Shown: positions 11,740 through 24,202 of the stretch, piece after piece
Numbering within the stretch: position 1 is the first letter of the stretch
How the letters are laid out: each line of letters starts with the position of its first letter
Translations under genes and position numbers: made by a program
The notes under the pieces: model-generated
What the model saw: only the letters and a program-made list of their open reading frames with translations
What the model was told of the DNA's origin: nothing
The model's database searches: none
DNA from: Zygnema circumcarinatum SAG 698-1b
Lineage: Eukaryota; Plantae; Zygnematophyceae
Length of the DNA stretch: 64,000 nt
Direction: 5' to 3'
Assembly (NCBI GenBank): GCA_037447605.1
Contig: CM074820.1
Coordinates: forward strand, 1,860,001-1,924,000

Positions 11740-14700
11740 TCAGTTCCGGGCTACGGAACGTTCCGCCTGCATGCGTTGGGCCGCGCACTGGTTCTGACGG
11801 GTAATTACGGAATCCGCATAACGGCGGAGGCGATACCTGTCGGAGGGGGTCAGCTCAAAGTGAGGGTTCAGGGGCAGCGCGGCGGCTTCCACCAGAAGGA
11901 AGTTGAAGAGGGCGGAGGCTTTGGCATACCCCACAGCAGCATTGCTCACATTGCCCATCAGCTCTTCCACCTGCATCCCAAGAGAAATGGTCTAGCATGA
12001 GTGAGTGTCAGTGAGAGACTGGGTGAGGGAGTGAGGGAGGGAGTGAGTGAGGGAGTGAGTGAGGGAGTGAGTGAGTGTGGGAGTGAGTGAGTGAGGGAGT
12101 GAGTGAGGGAGTGAGTGAGGGAGTGAGTGAGGGAGTGAGGGAGTGAGGGAGGGAGTGAGTGAGGGAGTGAGTGAGGGAGTGAGGGAGGGAGTGAGTGAGG
12201 GAGTGAGGGAGGGAGTGAGTGAGGGAGTGAGTGAGGGAGTGAGGGAGTGAGGGAGGGAGTGAGTGAGGGAGTGAGGGAGGGAGTGAGTGAGGGAGTGAGT
12301 GAGGGAGTGAGTGAGAGAGTGAGTGGGGGGGGGGAAGAGAGGGGCCTACCGCGGATGACCGACCCACAGCAAGGGCTGACTGGAAGACGAGCTCAATAGC
12401 ATCCGGCATTTCCGCAGCTTCTGCATCCCAACCCATCTTCTCCATCTCAGTCAGAAGGATGTATAGGGGAAGGAAGTGGAAAGGAGGGGAAGGGAGGGAG
12501 GGAGGTAAAAAAAGAGAAAAATAGAAGTGAATAGGGAGGGAGCAAGGGTAGGGGAGAGAGTAAGAGACGGGGACAGAGGGAATGCGAGCGAGGGAGAGCG
12601 AGAGAGAGAGAAAGATAATGAATTAGTTGCTGCCTTACCATGTGGGCCCACATGCCGAGCGACTTCTTCCGCCTTTTCAACAGCGAGCAGAAACTCCCTC
12701 TCCGTTGTTTCACATGCCGCAGCAGCAGCTCCCTCCTGGTCGCCCCCCTCCTCCGTGCCCCCTCCATATCCCACTCCCAAGCTCACACTCATAGCAGTCG
12801 GCCCCCCTCTCATCTCTCTGAAGGGAGGGGGACTGCTCCCTTGTGCTGCTGATGCAGCCCACGAATGGCACACACTCAGAGCCATTCTCCATATTGCTAG
12901 ACAGAGCAATTGGAGGGAGAGAGCATCCAAAGGCTGTTGGGCTTCAAGCTGCACATCAGATTGGGAGAAGGAAGAGAAGAAAGAGAAGAAAGATTTGTAT
13001 TGTTACCATGGAGTATCCATAATTATCATCATAATTCATAATCTATCATATTCATAATCATGGAGTATCCTAACTTCACAACGACAGCATTACAGAAAGT
13101 GGAGGACTCAGGATGCACATTTGTGTAGGTCCTAAACAAACAAGGTTTCCAGTCACGAGAATAGGATGAACGGCAACAAGGAGCTATATGGGGTGTTGTT
13201 CCAACCTTATCCATTGCCACAACATGTACAAGTCGAGCACTCCTTTGAAGGGAAGCTACCCGAGTAGGCGGATGTGGGGAAGGGCCATCAAAGACTTCCG
13301 CAGAGTCATGAGATGAAGGAGTAGAACCCCTACTCCCCATGGGGTCAAATCCTCCACTTGCTCCTGCTCCTACACATATACAACCTCTCAATCCCTCCCT
13401 CAGGAAAACGAATAAAAAACGAAAATGCAACAAAGGTTGGCAACTAGAATATCCGTCTAAATTATCTGAACAGGCCTTTACGCATACGAAAAGCACATTC
13501 AGAGTCTAAAAAGCATCTTAGTCGAAGTCTTGGTCGAAACGTGGGTTCAGACAGAGATTGGGGGGCGGTTCTGGGGTCCGGAGGGAGGGAAGGGAGAAGG
13601 GAGGGAGAGAGGGAAAAGGGAGAGTGTAGAGGAGAGGAGAGGGAGGGAAAGGAGATGATGAGAAGTGGATGCGGGGGGAGGGTTTAGGGTTAGGGTTTAT
13701 GGCTAGGGTTTAGGGGGGAGGGTTTAGGTGGGGTTTACGTGCCTGCAATGGAGACAGGCACAGAAACAGGTGTGCTTGGACTCCTTGAAGGTAGAGGAGG
13801 GTTGGGACTTGGGCTCCTTCCTGAGCGTCTCACAGGGGCTGTTTGGCTTCGAGCCCAGCCAATCCGGAGAGGGCGTTGGGGAGATAAGGGTTCAGATGAC
13901 ATTCTTAGCGGAGCATCCACAACGACATATTCGCGTTCTATGCACTCCATGGAATCTGTGGACAAAGCTGCACGCAAAGTAGTGCGAAAAGCATAATATA
14001 GAGAGAGGTAGGATGAGAGTTGTGCGGGTACAACGGTAGAGCTATGCGATAGAACATGGTTTTACAGACAAGCTTAAACCTGGCAAGATGTTCTGTTCGA
14101 CACGAGGAAAAGAGTACTGCATTGTAAGAGTTGCATTGTAAGAGTTGTGCATTTCACTGACTGCTTGGCTTTACGAAGATTGTTTCATTACTGATCAAAA
14201 GCCGGATACGAGGATCGCCAATTGCAGTTGTAAGTTGACTACTCAAATTCAATGAACAAATTCAATGTCCCAAATGTCACTTTCCTCACCTTCACGAACA
14301 GAGCCTTCCCGAGACGATCCCGGGTCTCCCTCTCTCCCTTCCCCTCTTCCACACTTTCCAGTCCCTGAAACCTCTACTTGCCCCCTCGTTCCTCTCCCTT
14401 CTGAACTACTATGCCTACTCCCTGTTCCACTCCCACCACCCCCTTCAATCTTCCCAGAATCAGAAGCTCCCACAGCGGGAGAGGAATCGTTTAAACCCGA
14501 CTCTGCCATCGCCCCCGCTCCTCTCTCAGTGTGAACATGTAAGCGAGTTGAGCTAGAATCCTCTACCCCACTCTCTCCCGCTTCACTTCCTGTAGAATCC
14601 CTTACAGCTCCTTTTCGATTGCCTCTACCAACATGACCTTTCGCCTCTCCTCCTCCTCCTCCAGGACCTTCGGAAGGACCCCCTGTTGCATCACATGTGT

Positions 14701-14972
14701 CCTGCTGTTCTTCGTCTAATGCGAACGGTAAACATTCGTCATGTGAATGGCTAGAAACGGGAGCGTTCCCTCCAGGATGAGCATTTCCAGTAGTGCGAAT
14801 ATCCGCTTCAGGTGTGGTAACTCGAATGTTTCGAGCACCCCCTGCTCCTTTACGAGCACTCGATGGCACATTTTCACTCCTAAAGCCTTCTGCAGGTTCA
14901 GCGCCCCTAAATCTGCAAAAAGAAAATGATAGGTTTTCACGTATCAGCCGGCAAGACACGGGGTGACATATG

Positions 14973-15042
<70 letters not shown>

Positions 15043-18000
15043 ACTCTCCCTCACCCCAGTTCGCTCAGTCTTCCCATCTTGCCCCTCTCTTGGCTCTTCC
15101 CCAACGTTTTCTCTCCTCACATATTTCTCCCTTTCTCCTCAGCCTCCCGCATTCACACATGCGTGATAGTACCAAAACGGGGAACAAACAAGTCAACTTG
15201 TGATCAAGCGAGAGTGGAACATTCAGCAAATGCAAATTCAAGTTTTTCCAGCTCAGCCCATCGAAAAGTAAACTACCTACTCGTGGAAGTAGTGCATGGT
15301 TGTGCACCTCTGAAGGTCAAGGAACGAGTGATGGAAAAATTCTTCAAACGAGATCCGTTCAACTGCAGCACATAGAATGCGAATAAGAAGTTGTGTCACA
15401 ACTCTAAATATCACCGTAAGTCTTGGAATCTTCTAACTCACTAATCCAGTCCCCTCCCCGGATGTAAAGGGCAGAAAACAGGCAGTGTAAATTGAATATT
15501 TGGAGAGATCAAGCGCCCCTATGGTTTTCAGTTGCGAATGGCACTATCTGCATAAAGCGAATGGGTTCTAAATGCTAGAAAATGAAATAGTAAATCATGG
15601 AAGTCTCAGTTAACTCTAAGCAACAAGTTTCTGCAGCTCAAAGATCAGACATAGGATGTCATGAGGTCCTGAAAACGAAAAGTCATGCCAAACAACAAAT
15701 ATTATCCGCTTTCAAAACCCTAACAAACCCTAAAAACCCTAAAAACCCTAAAAAGTACCTGGATTGCGACGGAGCAAAAGCCTGCACAAGCTTATGCAGG
15801 AATCTGAAAGTTCCGCAGTTACATTGGGGGGAATAGTTGCTTCAGTTCTCTCAATGTTCCGCAGAAGCTGGAGAGCCAAAAAAAAACAATGGAAAACTCG
15901 GTTTCAGGTGATCTGAATAAGGAAGTTTCAAGGTCGTTGGCAGGGTAATGATAATTGCCAAGTTTGTTAGAAAGGAATAAAACGACAAAACCCAGAGAAG
16001 GAAACATACTCAAGAGGCAGTGCAACCCACAAAGTGAAAAAAGTGCATCCAAACATTTCTGTCACACTATGGAGAGGGGAAAAAGGAAAAAGGGGAAAGT
16101 CGAAAAACGAAGGGGAAAGAAACCATGCAGGTTTGAGAAGTGCAGATGGAGTGTAACCTGCACGTGGTTTAGGCCTCCAAATGGGGGGCGGCCCGTCACA
16201 AGTTCAAACAAGATAGCTCCAACACTCCACAAATCAGCCTGCACATTATCAACGTACAAAGCACACTGTAAATAGATAGATAAATAGATAAAGAGATAAC
16301 TAGATAAATAGAAAGATATAATAGATAAATACATTGTAAGGAGTACATTGCATTGAAAGGCTCATGCCTTCCAGAGCATCTGCTTCCCATGAAAGACGTA
16401 GAAAGTATGGGTACGAAGAACATACTTAAGTAATTGCTTGTCAAACAGTTTAACTACATAAGTGTTTTTAGGGTTTTTAGGTGTACCTTGGCGTCGTACT
16501 TCTGAAATTGCAAAATCTCAGGGGCCATATACAAGGGTGAGCCACATAATGTTTCTGCCAAACCTTGAGGCTGTAGAGACCTGCAAGGGATGCAAACAAA
16601 TTGGAGTTGGACAAAGTAAAATCATGTGTGACAAGACAATATCTCAATGTTCACTTGAATAGGTACTCTGTTCCACTCCCAAAAGTTGATTACAATTGCC
16701 AAGTTGAGCTTCCTCCGTAAATTGAATGAGCCCGACTTAATTATTTCTAATACTGCAGCGTAGTTCAATCGTCTCACACACACAATGGATGAACCAATAA
16801 TTAGACAGCCGGTTCTTTACATTTAACATTCACATTTTTTTACATTCATCCGTAACACTTGAAAGGTGGCATTTGCTGCAAGTTGCAAAAGTATGCATTG
16901 AGATGAACATGACTACCAGCATAGAGAGGTCAGTGCCATGAGGCAATCGAATAAGGACCATTTAAACCACATGAAAACATTCTCTGAGTTCTTTTTTCAT
17001 AGCCCATATGGATATATGTTGGCCTTACCGTGCAAATCCGAAGTCTGCAATTTTCAGAACTGCAGATGTGTCCTTTGTGGATAGCAGGAGGTTCTGAACA
17101 CATATACAAACAGAAGGCACATCTCAGAATTCACCGAAAACAAAAAAGGAAGAGTTGAAGCAACAGTATAGAAGAGAAACGTCGAAAGCAGAAATACAAC
17201 TTTGCAACCTCTTTACAGAAACATCACCAACATCCAAAAGCTGCATTCCAGGAAGACGCTCTCGTCAGCAATAATTTTGACTGCCTCTGCTCTCAAATGC
17301 AAATTTTCAAAAGAATACAAAACACTTAGGGTTTACCTGAGGTTTGAGGTCCCTATGGATGAGGTTGTTTGCTCGCAGGACTTGGAGACCCGCTCCTGCA
17401 TCCTTACAACAGATGGAAAAAACATTGTAAATCCAATTCAATTATACAGCGCACTAAGGAAAGCAGGAATGCAAAACGGACCGACGGGCAGAGATCGATA
17501 TTCATCACGCAAACTAAGGAAAAGGTTCTACAGCTTCCATGACTCTTTCCCTTTCAGTCCCTTCTTCGTCTTCTTCTTATTCACAAGCTCGAATTCATTT
17601 CCCCCTCTTACTATCCTCCTTCCCCTCCCTTCTCGCTCGCCCTCTACCTCTTGTGCTCACGTCGTTCAATTCCTGGGGTCCCTTCTCTCCCATCTCCCTC
17701 TCCCTTGTGTCTTTGCTTTTGACAGAAAACAAGAACCCCACCCACAGTTCAACAGAAACTACGACCAAAGGGACTCTACACACAAACGTCTTGTCAAATA
17801 GTTGCAGCCCAAAAGCTCAAAGAAACTGACCCAATTGTCGCATGAAATGACGAGCAATTGATTCTTTTACGCGACCGCTCTTCCGAATGTAGTCTGACAA
17901 GTCCCCTCCAGCGCAGTACTCCAGCACCAAAAATATTTTGCGTGGAGACTGCATTACGGAAAATAATTGAAAATCTTTGAAAATTGAGCGACGAGTAAAC

Positions 18001-18860
18001 ACATGGATGACACCATGTCGCCCCTATGCATACAAACATGCATGTACGGACCATGGAGCTGCTACACACTATCGGAACAACATCCGGTTGTCCAAGTCCC
18101 AAAAATTATCAACAGGGCCTTCTTTCCAAGTTTCTGCAGAATTTGAGTCAATCAGGAAGCAAGAAAAGAGACACAAGAGACGTAGTGGACAGGGAATGGC
18201 AGGGCCAGGGCGAGCGCGCGGACGGGGGCGCGGTCGCGGGCGAGGGAGAGGGAGAGGGAGAGGGAGAGGGAGAGGGAGAGGGGNNNNNNNNNNGAGGGAG
18301 CGGGAGAGCGAGAGGGAAAGGAAGAGAGAGAGGGAGAGAGGGAGGGGCAGGGAGAGGGAGAAGGAGAGGGATAGGGAGAGGAAGGCAGAGGGAGAAGGAG
18401 AGGGAGGACGGTGGAGAAGGGGGAGAGACAGAGGGAGAAGCAGAGGGAGAGGAAGAGGGAGAGGCAGAGGGAGAGGGAGAGGCAGATGGGAAGAAAGAGA
18501 GAGTGAGGGTGGGGGCATACGCCTGCGCAAACTCCGTACCTTCACAATCTCCAGAAGGCGAATGATGTTAGGGTGATTGGCACGTTTCAATATGGCGATT
18601 TCTGATTCCAAACTTTCTTGCAACTTCCTGTTGAGACTGTCTGTCGCAATCTCTTTGATGGCCACCTCCATGCCGTGAACGTGGTGCCGCCCCTTCCAAA
18701 CCACTGCGAACGAGCCCGACCCTATCTTCTGCGTCACAATGTAATCTCCAATCATCTGACCAATCACCTGCTGCTGCTGCTGCTGCTTGGAAGGCATGGC
18801 TGTCTGAACAGATGGGGGCTGCGCTCGTCTCGGAGGCGGAGGAGGGGGCTGCTGGCTCAT
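11740..18860 (-). CDS. ATG1: Autophagy-initiating Ser/Thr kinase ATG1
   Basis: Exons approx. 18540-18860, 17831-17948, 17337-17395, 17029-17093, 16487-16580, 16158-16238, 15759-15867, 15308-15362, 14290-14912, ~13740-13967, 13206-~13369, 12639-12948, 12350-12420, 11740-11970. Motifs [41 protein letters not shown]8-interacting EREYVVV, and plant ATG1 C-terminus ([21 protein letters not shown]). Confidence 0.95.
12008..12330. repeat. (GGGAGTGA/GTGA)n simple repeat in an ATG1 intron
   Basis: Direct inspection. Confidence 0.9.
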
Positions 18861-19746
18861 CTTGGAGCCTATTCTTCAGTGTCATGCCTAAGCCTGCCTT
18901 CTTAGAAGGCAAATTCTCAAAGAAATTGGGCAAAATTGGCTATCAGAGCCGCCGCCTCACATCCCTGCAACGTTCAAAATCTCTGCAGTTCTGTCAAATT
19001 TTTGCCTCACGAGATCAATACTCGAGTGTGTGGATCACCAGGGTCGTTCAATTGCAAGCTTTAAGCGCCTGCATGGCAGCCATGGTCGCGCTGCTGTCAA
19101 GCTTCGAGCAGCTTTTAACGTCGGGCAGGTTTGAGAGGCTGTCCTGCGCACAGGTGGCCGGTCCCAATGGCGGGGATGGATGGCCATGGGATGCATGCGC
19201 ATGGATGACATGACCATGGCCATGGCCTGCATGCGCATGGGCATGCATGGGTATGTGTACGGTCATGGGCATGGGCATGGGTCTTTGGACCCTAAGCCCA
19301 AGGCGTGCCAGACACGCCGGGCTTCCAATACCTATGGGAGATTCTTTTTTCTTTTGTCGGTGGAATATTTTTGTTGAGGTAAAATACTTCTTAGTGGATA
19401 GGGCTGAGACAAAAAGGTTATTGAGGCAAACGTGGCAAAAGGAAAGGTAATAAGTAGTTCACACGGACCAATATTGGCTCGTTCGTGGTGAGTAGAATTG
19501 GTCGCTCATATTCTGCCCGGAAAAGTATCGGCACGGACAGGTTTCTTTGGATCTGAAATATTTTACGGGCAGGTCGAGTCAGTGTCGAGTCAGAAATGCT
19601 GTTCCGTACATATACTGTCAAGTTGGATTTGGATTGAGCCATCCGTACAGTAATCTTGCGAAATCGAACGAATGACCGTCAGATGTGGTGACGTGGTAAA
19701 GATCGACAGGCCTGTGGTCATTAGTGGAGCCACGTCATAAGCACAT

Positions 19747-19765
19747 CCAATGGGCAGGTGCCACG
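19747..19765 (+). promoter_or_regulatory. ERSE-consensus motif CCAAT-N9-CCACG in the ATG1/FKBP15 divergent intergenic region
   Basis: CCAAT GGGCAGGTG CCACG is an exact match; function is unproven. Confidence 0.35.
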
Positions 19766-19866
19766 TGGAAGACTGACGACGGATCGCGGGCGGCCAACCA
19801 GAGCAGAGAGCCGTTGGCCCGCCAGTCGCGGACGGGCCCCAAATTCTGGTTCGAAAGCAAATCATT

Positions 19867-20025
19867 AGGGGGTGTCAGACTTAACAAAATCTTACGAAAA
19901 GCGTTACGAAAAAAAAGGTTACGAAAGTACTCCGCCGCACGAGGATCGCTATAATACTGGAGTACTCGTTCTGATGTCAAACTTACGAACACGCGTACTG
20001 AAATTTTTTAAGTCTGACACCCCCT
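19867..20025. mobile_element. ~160-bp MITE-like element with ~25-bp terminal inverted repeats
   Basis: AGGGGGTGTCAGACTTAACAAAAT ... AAATTTTTTAAGTCTGACACCCCCT, flanked by ATT on both sides (or TA if the ends are GGGGG/CCCCC). Confidence 0.65.
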
Positions 20026-20871
20026 ATTGGGGCAGGGGCAAAATTGCCCGTTTGTACCCGAAAGCACTGGAGCGTGTGGTTTATTGCTGCGCACGTGTTC
20101 GATCTGGCAGACTTGAAAATTGGGGTGTAAATTTGAAGTTTGTCTGTAGAGCAAGCAAAGCAGTCCTTTGCGACCAGTTCCTCGTGGTTCCCCATGATGA
20201 AGTTGTCCATGTACAGGCCATCGTGAGATCAATGCCATTTTCCCCTTTCAAGCAAAGCAGAAAGTGAAGGGATGTGGCATGGATCTCTCAATGGCGAGGC
20301 CACCAAATGTTCTTGGACAAAACTGCGGTTTTGAAAGTTTATTTTATTGTGAAGCCATAATCTTGGATTTCTGATGTAAATGGAATGGAATTTCTTATGT
20401 TTTCAACCTATATATGTATTCCTATGTATACAACCTATGTATGTACCTATGTATGTATGTACTCCTTATGTATATGTACACAACTTTCCACAATCCAAAA
20501 TGTTACGGTAATATCACGGCAATGTACTGCTGGAGTGCTGTCCGTACGAATCTAACTGGAATTCCATGTGAAAATCTGGGAGGCCAGTGTGAAAGTTTAG
20601 TTTGACGGCCATCGTGCAGTTACCGTTGGGAGCAGTCAAATGTCGTCGCCATTGCGCTCTGATTGGCCAACCGACGGCGCGTCCGCGAATACTCGCCTGC
20701 GATTGGCTGGTTCTTGCGATCTATGTCGTTGGGAATCCAGGTAACTGGAACTGGAACTCGGAGCATGGGTCTTGGAAGCATGGAGTCTTGGAAGCATTGA
20801 GTCTTGGAAGTAGGCGTTAGGGAACAGCTCCTGCTCGAGGGTCCGGAGAGGGCAGAGGAGGAGACGCAGCC

Positions 20872-23139
20872 ATGGCGAGGCTGACCTTGCTTGCTGCCGC
20901 TCTTTTCGCTCTTTTGTGTGTCGCAGGTTGGAAATCCTGGCCTAAATCTGACATTTTTTTTGTTGATTTGTGATAAATTACAACGTATGTGATGCTGATG
21001 TATCGGGACATATCGGCACCATAATGCGCGGATATGCTGTACATGCATGCAACCTGCTCGTGCTTCTTCCTGCATTGGATGCCGTTTTTTCAAAAAATTA
21101 AAAAACTTTCTCTAAAACTTTGCCGACCCCTATGCTTTCTATTTTTATCTCGAATATCTGTCAATTCCGTTTCAGTTTCAGTTTCAGTTTCTTTTCGTTG
21201 GTTCTGAAACCTGCCCCTTTTTACCTGCTCGCAGGAGTTGCTGCTGATGCGAAAGAGGGGAAACTGCAGATCGGAGTGAAAGTAAGCTCTGATTCCTTTC
21301 ACTTGTATGCTGCGCTTTGCAGAATTCCTTTCTGCCTTTTTGTTCTTTACATTGTTTTCCGTCTGGCTTGATGTCTCTGGCTGGCTGCTCTTTGCTACAT
21401 TCGTATCTGATATTTGTGGCTCGTATGAATGTGCAGTTTAGGCCAAAAAAATGCGAAGTGAAGGCGCATGCAGGTGATAAGGTGAAAGTTCACTACAGGG
21501 TGAGCTGCTACCTCTCTCTCCCTGTCACTCTCGCACTCGCATTCTCCTTCCTCCTGCCTACTCCTCTCTTCTGCCTCTTCCTCCCCCTGCTCCCTTTCTC
21601 CGTTTCCTGCTGGCTCCTCTACTTCCGTACCTTACCCGGTTTCCTGTCGTCCGCGTTTTTTTTGCCTTGCTAATGTAGAAAATTGAAGCATCAAACAATT
21701 GTTAATTGTTTAATGTTCATGTAAATAGGACACTAACAGTAAAGGTAACTCATCAACCACCAACATATATCTCAAAAAGTGAATGCATTTTTCGTGAGAT
21801 CCTAACTACATCAAAGATGCAATTCTTTTTCCTGCAATTGCGAGGCTTTTCTAGGAAAGGTGAACAAGCCCTCAGGCATGTGAATTTGTTTTTCTAATTC
21901 GAGTTTTAATATTTTATGTTTTATTATATGCCTTTCAGGGTAGCTTGACGGACGGAACGGAATTCGACTCAAGCTACGGGAGAGGAGACCCACTTGAGTT
22001 CACTTTGGGCGAGGGAATGGTCATTAAAGGTAAGGACACCCCTCTCTCTCTCTCTCGTCTCCCCCCTATCTCTGTCTCTCTCTCTCTCTCTCTCAAGCAG
22101 AATGCCCTGTTTCTGGTCGTACATTAGTTATGAGAATAGAGCGGTATGTTTCCTGGATGTTGATTCACATGTGTATGAAGCTTAGAGTTTTCTGATTAGT
22201 GCTACACATTTAAGATTCTTGGGAGAGAGAAAGCAGTGGTGCAAGGTTTGGGGCCGAGTAGGAGGGGTGAATACTGACTTAAAGTCATTTCAGCATGCTT
22301 GATAAAGTCAAGTTTGTGTGTATGGTCGAGGATCACCTCTCTACTCACTTGCAAGCTTCAAGATCTCGTGTTTAGATATTTTCAGAAGCCTCATTTTTTT
22401 ATGGGTTGAAAATTGTTTCGTGGTTTCGTCACATATTGGGTGCAAACTGACCCTTTCAACTGTCCTCTTTTGCTGGATGACTGAACTCTTTTACATGTGA
22501 ACAGGTTGGGATCAGGGACTTGCCGGTGCATGCTTGGGTGAGAAAAGGAAGTTGAAGATTCCTGCACACCTTGGATATGGCGCTAGCGGGTCTCCTCCGA
22601 AAATTCCAGGTACCTCACTTTTGTCTTTTGCTGTCATTGTGTTGAGAAGGCAGTGAACAACACCAGCTGGAAAAATGTCGTTGAGGTTATGCTGGATTGA
22701 ATGGTGAGCCTTCTTGAGATTGAAATATTCAGGTAGCATGAGAAACGTTTTGGGAAAGGAGGAGAGAGAGCATGGGAACGGAGTTGGATAGCACGAGGGA
22801 GGAGGGAGGATGAAGGGGAGGTAGAGGGAGGAGGAGACTAGGGTGAATTGGGGCTGGGGCCAGAAAGGAGAATGGAGAAGGTGAGGGAGAGAAAAAGGGA
22901 TACGGAAGGGAGGTGAAAGGGTAGAGATAGAGAGGGGGAAAGGGAGAGGGCGGGAGAGGGAGAGGCAAGAGGGAGGGAGACGGGGAGAGGGATGGGGGAA
23001 GGGGCGAGAGAGTGTTTGAGAGAGATAAAGCTCTGAATGACGTCGGTTTGCAATTGCAGGTGGGGCGACTCTCATTTTCGAGACTCAGCTTATGGGTGTG
23101 AATGGTGTCATGTATGAGCCGGAAGATACCGAGTTGTGA
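20872..23139 (+). CDS. FKBP15: ER-luminal FKBP-type peptidyl-prolyl isomerase (FKBP15/FKBP2-like)
   Basis: Exons 20872-20926, 21235-21281, 21437-21499, 21939-22029, 22505-22609, 23060-23139. Signal peptide [59 protein letters not shown] and C-terminal DTEL. Confidence 0.95.
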
Positions 23140-24202
23140 GCGGTAGAAGGGGAGGCTCTTTTCTCTCTTTGAATTATGTCCTGTTTTTCAAAAGCATTTC
23201 TTGAAGAAGTATTTCCAGAGGGAGAGGGAGAAGGAAATTGGCAGAATGTTATACTATCCTTTTCGGTAATGACTTTACAAAAAAGGAAACCAAGCCAAAA
23301 ATCTTTTGTCCGAAAAAAGCGACAGCAGAAGTGGCATGCCCCACATTGGTGCACAGACAGGCACTTGCCCACACGTGACAGCACATAACCGAAACTAGAT
23401 TAGTGGCAGCGCATTTGTGCACCGCAAGACACCGCCAGAAGGCCCCCCTTTAAACATATGAAACAACAAACCAAATGTCAAAAGCGACTGTCTGGATGGA
23501 CCAAAACACGTGAATAATAAGATAGAGAATCATTTCCCCGACGCCTGAAACATTTCATGGGGCATATTCCAAAACAATCCCGACGCATCCGCTGTGCACG
23601 AGGGCTTCTATGTGTAGCCCCCCCTCTCTCATTATCCATGGATGTTCAAATGCGTAGTGTCTATTGTTGTGTCAGAACCTGAAAAGTAGACAAACCAGAA
23701 CCTGCTATTTCGTCAAAGCGCAGCTCCGCCTACCCTTTCAGCCACCCAAAGGAGCGCTTAAATGCTACAGTCACAACGCACGACTTCTCTTTTTGAACGT
23801 GCCCATCTTTAACTGCCGCAACTACAAGCATTTCGCAATGCTCGGGTTAAATCACTGTGACAAATTTCTCTCCTCACATTCTGCCATTGCGCCCCAATCC
23901 ATCGTTTTAAGGATCACCTGAAAGGCAACGACGCGAACACAGTTGGAAGAAAGCGCACGGAGGCAAAAGGTGCAGGACTAGTGACGGTTGTTGAGTAAAA
24001 GATGGAAAGTATAGCAGGGTGAAGGTCAAGCTTGAACAATACTTCGTTTCGATGCGACATGAAGGAAAGTGTAGTTGACTAGTTCACGTATACCTTTATC
24101 CTACTCTTGGTAGGGGGACCCATGGGGTAAGGCTTCAACCATGATCGCTACATTCCATCAAGCCACATTCATAACTCGATTTGTTTTCAACAATGTTTAG
24201 CC

